Source: Eledone cirrhosa
Taxonomy: Eukaryota
Direction of reading: 5' to 3'
DNA length: 33,734 nucleotides
Assembly: GCA_964016885.1 (NCBI GenBank)
Contig: CAXHJY010001278.1
Coordinates: 1-33,734, forward strand
Below are positions 1-15,268 of this stretch, piece after piece; position 1 is the stretch's first letter; every line of letters begins with the position of its first letter. A program made the translations under genes and the position numbers. Below the pieces are notes generated by a model. It made no database searches. It was given only the letters and a program-made list of their open reading frames with translations, and had not been told where the DNA came from.

Positions 1-172
1 ACTGTAAATGAGGTTGGTGTTAGGAAGGGCATCCAGCTGTAGAAATCAAGCCAAATCAGTTCCTGTATGAGCAAGGCATGGTCAGCCGACCAGACACTGC
101 CCACAACAGGACAACCCGTCTAACCCATGCTAGCGTGGAAGAACGGACGTAAAATGGTGATGATGATGATGA
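1..172 (+). mobile_element. 3' end of an RTE-tailed SINE (or related RTE LINE 3' UTR) ending in a (GAT)n tail; 5' part lies outside the window
   Basis: actgtaaatgaggttggtgttaggaagggcatcc...aatcagttcc closely matches the SINE on the minus strand at ~26030-26085 and the RTE 3' UTR at ~18010-18055; ends in cccatgc..gcgtggaa..cggacgt plus gatgatgat. Confidence 0.75.
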
Positions 173-180
173 TATACATA

Positions 181-217
<37 letters not shown>

Positions 218-273
218 ATATAATATATAAAGTTAAATAAAAGTCAAATGATTAAAATTTAGCTTCGTTTATT

Positions 274-328
274 ACTGCTATATATATTTCAGTGACAGCC
301 ATCTTTGGCTGTGACCTCTTCAGGCAGT
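274..328 (-). ncRNA. Type I hammerhead ribozyme, inverted copy
   Basis: Reverse complement of 487-541 with intact core and fully paired acagcca/tggctgt distal stem II. Confidence 0.85.
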
Positions 329-486
329 TTGAATTAGTATGGTTTAGACAAGTACATATGTTGTTTAGGTGTATGATATTGTCAATACTCTGATATACAA
401 CCCAACAAGGAACTGGGCATATCAGAGTATTGACAATATCATACACCTAAACAACATATGTACTTGTCTATACCATACTAATTCAA

Positions 487-541
487 ACTGCCTGAAGAGG
501 TCACAGTCAAAGATGGCTGTCACTGAAATATATATAGCAGT
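487..541 (+). ncRNA. Type I hammerhead ribozyme (family 1 pLTR)
   Basis: Stem I actgc(487-491)/gcagt(537-541); core CTGAAGA 492-498; stem II ggtcacagtca-aaga-tggctgtcact; GAAA 525-528; palindromic stem III ATATATAT; predicted cleavage after A536. Confidence 0.85.
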
Positions 542-689
542 AATAAACGAAGCTAAATTTTAATCATTTGACTTTTATTTAACTTTATTTTACACTACTC
601 CGGAGTAACCAAACCAACCTGCGCACTTCGTTGAGTGCTCCAGCCTGCATACTGAGGTGTTGGTATACAACCAACATAAACTCAAAATC

Positions 690-6534
<5,845 letters not shown>

Positions 6535-7610
6535 GTTTTCTCTTTCTCTTAATTTCGAGTATATTTTTTTGACCGGCCACCTTCCTGGTGGCAAGGTTGT
6601 AAAAGAAAAGAAATTGTCATCCCTTGAATCGCAAGAATGTTTTGCATATTTTGAAGGTGCCAGCTATCGCAGCCATTTGTAGACTATGAATTAGGGAGCT
6701 GCGCTTTTTGTCCGCAAATCCAAGTTCGGTCATACTTTGGTCCAAGCGGGTTGGTATATAACCCGTAGCACCAATAATGATGGGTATGAAGCTAAAGGTG
6801 TATCTTGGATACTGGATTTGTAAGCTCCTCATCAATGGTCCGTAGATGTCCTCCTTCTCCTGTATTTTTCTGACAACGTTTACATCAAGTGGGCAGCTGA
6901 TCTCCACAACAGAACACGTTTTCAATGTGTGGTCCCAAACTACAATATCAGGCCGGTTGTGCTTTAATTTGGTGGCAGTTTTTATTTCAGGTTCCACCAG
7001 TATTCCTTAGTGCCATCTGTCTCAATATATTCTTCCTCGTTTGTTGTTAATTTTGTTTTCCGAAGTGCGTTCCAGATAGTTCTAGCTATCCCATCGTGTC
7101 TCATGGGGAGGTAGTAGCGAGATGACATTCTTTCGCAGCTGGCAACAATGTGGCTTACATCCTCGATCTTTGTTTTACATAGCCTACATTTATTGTCAGC
7201 TGCTGGCCCTCCTCTTTTGTGCAGCAGATATTTGGTAGGGAGTTCTTGTTCCTGTATTGCATAGAGATATCCCTCAAGGTGTGATGTCATAAACTTGTCG
7301 GAACTCCATGCCAGGCTTTTTGAGTGGTTTATCCCCTCTATGGTCTGTGTTTTACGCCTCAAGTATCCATGCACAACTTTCTCTGTAAATTGGTCAATTT
7401 TTTTTTCTTGTTTGAACATTGAATAGGATCTTCCGATTGCTCTGGGTGAGAGATTTATATCAGGCTTTATTCCATATCTCTCCTCCAGATCAGTCGCTAT
7501 TCTAATGATATTTCTTTTTTCATGCTCATAAACCTGAGCAAGATGGTCGCCAACCTTTTTCCTCTGTTGAAGGTGTTGCTTCAGTGTTACTATCCGGGTC
7601 TCATATGTTG
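6535..7610 (-). mobile_element. 5'-truncated R4/Dong-like non-LTR retrotransposon (C-terminal CCHC knuckle + restriction-like endonuclease), one frameshift near 6990, short 3' UTR
   Basis: ORFs 6982-7419 and 6617-6997: [56 protein letters not shown]; reading frame stays open upstream to ~7610. Confidence 0.88.
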
Positions 7611-7931
7611 TATGTATATATATGTATATGTATGTATATATATATGTATGTATATATATATGTATATGTATGTATATATATATGTATGTATATATATATG
7701 TATGTATATATATATGTATGTATATATATATGTATGTATATATATATATATATGTATGTATATATATATATATATATGTATGTATATATATATATGTATA
7801 TGTATGTATATATATATATGTATATGTATATATATGTATGTATATATATATGTATATATATATATATATATGTATGTATATATATATGTATGTATATATA
7901 TATGTATATATATATATGTATATATATATGT

Positions 7932-7971
<40 letters not shown>

Positions 7972-7990
7972 GTATATATATATATGTATG

Positions 7991-8023
<33 letters not shown>

Positions 8024-8046
8024 GTATGTATGTATGTATATGTATG

Positions 8047-8077
<31 letters not shown>

Positions 8078-8378
8078 GTATGTATGTATGTATATGTATG
8101 TATATATATGTATATGTATGTATATATATATATATGTGTATATATATATATATGTATGTATATATATGTATATGTATGTATATATATATATATGTGTATA
8201 TATATATATATACGTATATATATGTATGTATATATATATATGTATGTATATATATATATATATGTATATATATGTATGTGTATATATATATATATGTATG
8301 TATATATATATATATATGTATATATATGTATGTGTATATATATATATATGTATGTGTATATATATATATATGTATGTG

Positions 8379-8411
<33 letters not shown>

Positions 8412-8663
8412 GTATGTATATGTAAATATATGTATGTATATTATATATATATGTATATATATGTATGTATATGTAAATATATGTATGTATATATATATAT
8501 TATGTATATATATATGTATGTATTATGTATGTATATATATATGTATGTATATATATATGTATATATATATATGTATATATATGTATGTATATATATGTAT
8601 ATATATGTATGTATATATATATATATATATATATGTTTGTATATATATATATATATATGTATG

Positions 8664-8694
<31 letters not shown>
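7611..8694. repeat. (TA)n/(TATG)n microsatellite
   Basis: Direct reading; G-interrupted on +. Confidence 0.99.
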
Positions 8695-8696
<2 letters not shown>

Positions 8697-9585
8697 CATC
8701 ATCATCATCACGCTTGCATGGGTTTGGACGGGGGTAGTCCCGTGTTCCACGCTTGCATGGGTTTGGACGGGGGTAGTCCCACTTGAGGCAAGAGTGATTG
8801 TCTTGCTCGCATAGGACTGTCTGGCAGGTTTTCTACAGTTGGATGCCCTTCCTAACACCAACCACATTTACAGTGTGTGTCTGGGAGGTTTTTACCGTGT
8901 TGCCTACACGGCCACATTACAGCGTGGACTGTGTGTTTTTTTGTCGTGACACCTACACGATCTCATTTGTTTCGGCCTGGATGGCGCGGCACCAACATAA
9001 CTTTACATAGAACGGGGTGGTGTGGATCGGGTGGGGGTGGTGGTGGTGGGACGGGGTGTATTTTGTTAGAGATGCCTACTGGCTGGAGTAGGTTTTACTA
9101 TATATTTAGGTAAGGCGGGTCTTCTCTGTTACTGAGTACCGCCAAAGGTCTCGGTCCAGTGACATTGTCTTGGAGAGGTGTAAGTGTGTGATGTCGGAGT
9201 TTATCAGCTCGTCCCAGGTTTTTCTAGGTCTGCCTATTCCGTGACTACCGTCTATCTTTATTGCCCTGCACTTTGTTATACAGCTATCGACTTTCATGCG
9301 CATCACGTGTCCATACCAACGTAGCCTTCTCTCGAGTAAACAACATCTGATCCCTCTTATCTCTAATTTTTTCCTTAGTCGTTTATGCTTTGCCGTTCAC
9401 GTATATTACTGTTACACATCCAGCGGAGCATGCAAGCTTCGTTCCTCTCTAGTCTGTGTATATCCTCTGCACACAATGCCCAGGTCTCGCTGCCATGCAG
9501 CATTGCTGTTCGTATGCAGGCATCGTACAACCTGCCTTTCATTTTTAGTGAGAACCCTTTAGCAGCTAATAGTGGTATAAGCTCT
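8695..9585 (-). mobile_element. 5'-truncated RTE LINE copy (subfamily A) with (GAT)n tail
   Basis: Near-identical reverse complement of ~17298-18183 ([11 protein letters not shown]...TEKTRLT + 3' UTR); small frameshift near 9377; duplicated 3' terminus. Confidence 0.93.
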
Positions 9586-9598
9586 ATGTATATATATG

Positions 9599-9641
<43 letters not shown>

Positions 9642-9688
9642 ATATATATATATGTATGTATATATATATATATGTATATATATATATG

Positions 9689-9726
<38 letters not shown>

Positions 9727-9904
9727 TATATATATGTATATATATGTATGTATATATATATATGTATATATATGTATATGTATGTATGTATGTATATATA
9801 TATATGTATATATATGTATATGTATGTATGTATATATATATATGTATATATATGTATATGTATGTATGTATATATATATATATATGTATATATGTATATG
9901 TATG

Positions 9905-9953
<49 letters not shown>
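9586..9953. repeat. (TA)n/(TATG)n microsatellite
   Basis: Direct reading. Confidence 0.99.
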
Positions 9954-9959
<6 letters not shown>

Positions 9960-10222
9960 AATGAATAATAACAGGTAGACATCATAAAAAGGTAATTTAT
10001 TCCGTGTGCTTACAAATGTTTCCACTGTGGTTATACAGCCTAGTTATGCTATGTGTAAATTTACAACTATTTGCAAAACTCAAATATCAAATGCTGTGAC
10101 CACTGTATCATCAGAGGAATGCCAATCACCGGGATACAATAGAATACATTGATAAGAATCTCCATAACACACATAGCTCTACACGAAATCAAGGAATACG
10201 TAACTGGGGGACTAAAATACAA

Positions 10223-11065
10223 GTGCACACACGCAGTACCACCAGACATACTAATAATAGAAAATCACCACCAAATAAATCACGTTGTAGAAAGTATATC
10301 TGGTATAATCCTATTTTTAATGCCTCCATTTGTACAAAACTATCTCTTTCATTCTTTAAGTTAATCAACAAGCATTTCCCTAGTTCCCATAAATACAGTA
10401 AAATTCTGAACTCTAAAACTATTAGACTATCATACTCCATGGCACCAAACCTTGAAGCATACATAAAAAAACTTAACTTAAAGCAATTAAAGAAAACTAC
10501 AAAACAAAATATTTTGGTAACAGATGGGCAGAACGTAATATCTGCCTCCCAACCACTAAATGGGAGACGGGTATTACACAACCCACCTGTACCGCTATCA
10601 TAACCTATCCATGGTATACCCGCTACCCACAACAAAAACTGTTACTACCATCTACCTGAAAGATGTCCATTGAAGAATGAATGCCTAAAGTCCAACATTG
10701 TTTAGCAATGCACGGTTGAATCGAACGACCAGAAATGGTATTACATTGGGTCTACCACCACCTCGTTTAAATCTCGCTGGTACCGTCATCGATTCTCAAT
10801 TAAACATCCTGATCACCGTTTTGTGACCACGCTCGCCAACAAGACCTAGCAACTTCGTGAACGCAACCAACAGTTCACCTTAAAATGGGATATACGTTCC
10901 AGCGCAAGTGCATATCGGAGTGGATTGAAGTACTGCAGGTTATGTAACCTTGAACTCTTTTACATCTTAAAATCCAAAAATAAACTACTTAACGATAGAA
11001 TCGAACGATCATTATACTGCAACTACAAACTAAAAGCTAAATTCTCTCACTATAAAATAACTTAA
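10223..11065 (+). pseudogene. Decayed PLE C-terminal region (linker + GIY-YIG endonuclease)
   Basis: One reading frame from 10223 to TAA at 11063-11065, interrupted by in-frame TAA (10601) and two TAG codons; NIV*QCTV...YYIGST GIY-YIG-like signature. Confidence 0.8.
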
Positions 11066-11550
11066 CATTCGAACCTGTAACTATAACATCGCTTTCTAGC
11101 TAGCCACCTTCTCTTCCCCCACACTACAAGACAATACCCTGCCTATCACTATAAATGATAACTTTGTGCAATTCGCAGATTACTACTACAAACCCATAGT
11201 TCACCCACCCCATAGCTTTCGTCTGTCCCCTCTCTATCTCTCCCTCTATATCCATTCCACCCTCTCTCTCTCGCCTTTGGCCTACCTCCCTCTCTCTCCA
11301 CATCTATGAACCTGCCCTCTGGGGCAATAAATAATTCCAACCTTGACTATCAACGCATCGCTTAAGGTGGTCGCTCTAAGAGTAACCAGTATAATAAAAC
11401 CCCTACCATAACATTTTGATTAAGATATCTACAAACCACTCTCTCCTATTTCTCCAACCCCTGCATATCTTTCTCTCTCTCTTCCTTTTCTACTCTATCT
11501 TCTCCAATAACCTCACTTAAGGGTATTTACATTGTACATTTTAACCATTC

Positions 11551-11662
11551 TGCTCTGATGATACAGTGGTCACAGCATTTGATATTTGAGTTTTGCAAAT
11601 AGTTGTAAATTTACACATAGCATAACTAGGCTGTATAACCATCGTGGAAACATTTGTAAGCA
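11551..11662 (+). ncRNA. Type I hammerhead ribozyme with long stem II insert (Nematis-like pLTR)
   Basis: Stem I tgct/agca; CTGATGA 11555-11561; stem II tacagtggt...accatcgtg (imperfect) enclosing ~65 nt; GAAA 11647-11650; stem III ACATTTGT; GTA cleavage triplet ending at 11658. Confidence 0.7.
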
Positions 11663-11873
11663 CACGGAATAAATTACCTTTTTATGATGTCTACCTGTTA
11701 TTATTCATTCTTTATCTACACTCCGGAATACAGAAGGATCAGGAACTAAGTTTCTTCAACAATTCTTCCATAATTCGTTGAGTAACCCCTCACCGTACGT
11801 CAACCATATCCAGTGTAGTAATTAACCATTACTGCATCTAGGATAATCCTATACCTAATATATATATATATAT

Positions 11874-13816
11874 ATATTGTTATACTTTGGGGGGGGGGGG
11901 GTCATGTTGCCAATAAGAAACACACGCACCAGTTGCTTTCACTTCAATTTATTATAATAAATTTATAAATTTAGGAATTTATAAATTTCCGGTTGGTTGG
12001 TTCCACAACCAGGTGGTTGTTTATATATTGTCAAAGTTCTTTCGTCACACATTCTCTGACCTCTTTAGTGACTGGAGATTCTTTTCTTTGTTTTATATGC
12101 CTCTCCTTTGTTCTGTCTTACGCCATCTTATTTTTGTGTGTGTGTTGTGTGCTTAGTTTGTGCAAGTGTTACATCCGGGTGTCTGTGTGTTTATATTTAT
12201 TTATTTATTTGTTTATTTACATGTTACTGGTTGGTTGTTTGTTCTATGTGCATTTGTGTTTTCATTTTGTCCTTAATTGTAGGTTGTGATGTTGCTGTTC
12301 CACTCATGTTTTCTATTTAATTTTGGTTGTAATTCATTTATGTTTATTGCCTCTGTGATTTGTCTAAACATTGCGTCTTTTCTGTGTGTAGATTCTATTT
12401 TTATTACTATGTTCTCTAATTTACCCTTATGTTCTATTTTAGCATGTTGGTAGAGTACAGATGATTCTTTACTATCTTGAAGGTCTCGCCAGTGTTTATT
12501 TATCCGTTCCCCTATACTACGAGCTGTCTCACCTATGTACACTATATTTTTATCTCTACATTGTCCTTCAGTACATCTTATGCTATATACTACATTTCTA
12601 GTTTTACAGTTAATATGGGGATTTATTTACAGATTATACATTTCTTATCTATACTGGGAGGTCTTTGAAAAGAGTATAATTCACCTCTAGGGGTTGTCTC
12701 GATGAACATTACACTCTGGTATTTTTTGCTATCATACCATGAGTTTATTCTATTAGCCTTGTTCCTAGTTCTTTCTATTCTATTCCAAAATGTGCTCCTA
12801 TACAAGGGGCAGGTCCCATTTATGTCATTATTTACCATTTTTTCCTATTTGGTTCTGGCTCCTCTATACACTCTGATTTTATCTCTCTGATTGTAACCAG
12901 AGAACTGCATACGGTGGATGAAGTGTTGTATGTGTCTCTCTAGTTCTTCGGGGTTGCACATGCGGGACACGTTTTTCATCACCCGTACCAAATCCGCAAT
13001 CAGTATGTTGATTTTGGTATGGTCCGAAACAGCTGAGTTTCGGTGGATCAGATATTTGGAAGTCATGGGTTTGGCATAATGGGAATGGAGGATTTGTTTT
13101 TTGTTATTAATGGTATCTAACCAGAGCTCTGTGTCTAGTACAGGTAATCGATGGTTGGGGTGTTTGCTTGGGTAGTCTATAGTAACTCTAATACTCTGGT
13201 GGATGGAGTTAGCTATTTACTGGATGCTTTCCATTGTGTTTTTCTCTAATTCCTGACTGTTCTCTAGTGGGGGTGTTTTAACTACGATGTTTATATCATC
13301 GACGTAGCGGGAGTACATTATCAGGGTTAAGGGGTCTTCTAATTGTTCTTTGAGTTTAAGTTTAAGTCTACTGTCCCACCATACCATGAATAGGTGAGCT
13401 ATGTCGCCTGCAATGCTAACACCAATGGCTGCTCCCTCCTCTTGGGCATATGTTTTTCCATTAAATTTGAACATATGTTCCTTAAGGGTTAATTTTATGC
13501 TGGCCCCCACCGCATGTGCAATCATTTTCTTTAGTTCATCGTGGTTTTCGGGGGTCCGTATGGCTCTGGTCCTCCCGTTCCATCTATCTGTGTGGGTTTT
13601 CTTGGCCATTGAGGTAATGGTAGGTGGTCTGCCTCTTGCTGGTCTTGTAGGGCACAGGTTGCTAAGGTCATATGTGTCTAGATAATTATTACTATAGGTA
13701 AGTTTAAGTAGGAGTCCCAGCTCACTGGTATCAATCCCACGGAATTCAACATTGATATCGGTTTCAACACACGTTTTCAGATAAGGAATCTTGCTAAACA
13801 AATTCAGAAACGAAAT
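11874..13816 (-). mobile_element. 5'-truncated, decayed Penelope-like element (probably Hydra-like clade): RT + GIY-YIG, 3' UTR/pLTR 11874-12272, tail placed inverted at 13755-13816
   Basis: ORF pieces 13217-13756 (QEEGAAIG..AGDIAHLFMVWWD, YSRYVDD), 12845-13066, 12623-12838, 12273-12542 (NVVYSIRC..C...YIGETARS..ER..H..H, E..N); pLTR matches 27283-27530. Confidence 0.85.
12030..12073 (-). ncRNA. Degenerate hammerhead ribozyme (core CTAAAGA, likely inactive)
   Basis: Homologue of 27328-27372 with G5->A in the core, a stem II mismatch and a CTT triplet. Confidence 0.6.
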
Positions 13817-14975
13817 CATCATCATCATCATCATCATCATCGTTTAACGTCCCTGTTCCACGCTTGCATGGGTTTGGACGGGGGTTTTCCCACTTGAGGC
13901 AAGAGTGGTTGTCTTGCTCGCATAGGACTGTCTGGCGGGTTTTCTACAGCTGGATGCCCTTCCTAACACCAACCACATTTACAGTGTGGGACTGGGAGGT
14001 TTTTACCGTGTTGCCTACACGGTCACATTACAGCGTGGACTGTGTGTTTTTTTGTCGTGACACCTACAAGATCTCGTTTGTTTCGGCCTGGATGTTGTGG
14101 CACCAACATAACTTTGCATTGAAGGGGGCGGTGTGGATGGGGTGGGACGGGGGTGTATTTTGTTAGAGATGCCTACTGACTAGTAGGTTTTACTTTGTAT
14201 TTAGGTGAGGCGGGTCTTCTCTGTTACTGAGTACCGCCAAAGGTCTCGGTCCAGTGACATTGTCTTGGAGAGGTGTAAGTGTGTGAGGTCGGAATTTATC
14301 AGCTCGTCCCAGGTTTTCCTGGGTCTGCCTACTCCGTGGCTACCGTCTATCTTTATTGCCCTGCACTTTGTTATACAGCTGTTGTCTTTCATGCGCATCA
14401 CGTGACCATACCAACGTAGCCTTCTCTCGAGTAAACAACATCTGATCCCTCTTATTTCTAATTTTTTCCTTAGTTCGTTTATGCTTTGCCGTTCACGTAT
14501 ATTACTATTACACATCCAGCGGAGCATGCAAGCTTCGTTCCTCTCTAGTCTGCGTATATCCTCTGCACACAATGCCCAGGTCTCACTGCCATGCAACATT
14601 GCTGTTCGTGTGCAGGCATCATACAACCTGCCTTTCATTTTTAGGGAGAACCCTTTAGCGGCTAATAGTGGTATAAGCTCTCTGAACTTTTTCCATCCAG
14701 TTCTGACTCTAGTTACTGTACTTTCAGAGCATCCTCCCCCACTGCTGATTTTGTCACCCAGGTAACGGAAGCTGTCCACTATTTCTATAGAACCATCTGC
14801 GCAATTGAAAGAGTTAGTGTTTTGTGGGCACTTGCTGCAACTTATTGCACCAGAACACCGGCCACATGTAAAATCTGTGTTCTTAGTTAGCTTACCTGTG
14901 ATCCCACTACATCTTTTATGCACCCATACTTTGCATTTGGGACATAAAATGGAATTTCTACCTATGCCTTTCCTA
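13815..14975 (-). mobile_element. 5'-truncated RTE LINE copy (subfamily B) with (GAT)n tail
   Basis: Encodes [14 protein letters not shown]...TEKTRLT*, slightly diverged from 15397-17778; 3' UTR shares diagnostic bases with 26509-26658. Confidence 0.93.
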
Positions 14976-14983
14976 TATATATA

Positions 14984-15031
<48 letters not shown>

Positions 15032-15048
15032 TATATATATATATACAC

Positions 15049-15083
<35 letters not shown>

Positions 15084-15096
15084 TATATATATATAT

Positions 15097-15143
<47 letters not shown>

Positions 15144-15200
15144 CACACATATATATATATATATATACACATACACACATATATATATATATATATACAC

Positions 15201-15265
<65 letters not shown>

Positions 15266-15268
15266 TAT
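14976..15268. repeat. (TA)n/(CATA)n microsatellite between two head-to-head RTE copies
   Basis: Direct reading; C-interrupted on +. Confidence 0.98.

Larger units (their letters stand above)
227..690 (+). mobile_element. Short PLE-type pseudo-LTR unit (family 1): inverted arm 227-396, forward copy 397-588, 3' tail ~589-690
   Basis: 170-bp inverted repeat (227-396 vs 419-588, 2 mismatches, 22-nt spacer) containing a hammerhead motif; a third copy lies at 32850-33046; flanked by (TA)n. Confidence 0.8.
9954..11857 (+). mobile_element. 5'-truncated Penelope-like element (Nematis-like) with inverted 5' pLTR (9954-10116), decayed linker/GIY-YIG ORF, 3' UTR, pLTR (~11551-11715) and tail (11716-11857)
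   Basis: 9954-10116 is the reverse complement of 11553-11715; coding remnants IWYNP..KHFP..SYS..N, CPL..CL, YYIGST..FKSRW.RH, CRLCNLE, LN.R.E; clade call from recalled motif resemblance. Confidence 0.85.

Noticed and set aside
252-563. Pair of near-identical 64-aa ORFs on opposite strands
   Set aside because: By-product of the 170-bp inverted repeat; no protein motif, and the sequence is explained by the hammerhead pLTR
227-588. MITE or DNA transposon with terminal inverted repeats (also 9954-11715 and 22031-22590)
   Set aside because: The arms are asymmetric (tail on one side only), contain hammerhead motifs or PLE termini, and accompany PLE coding remnants; no transposase is present
10601-13219. 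Selenocysteine read-through of in-frame stops, as in some Naiad PLEs
   Set aside because: The stops I checked are TAA/TAG with frameshifts, and the domain order is RT then GIY-YIG; this is ordinary decay
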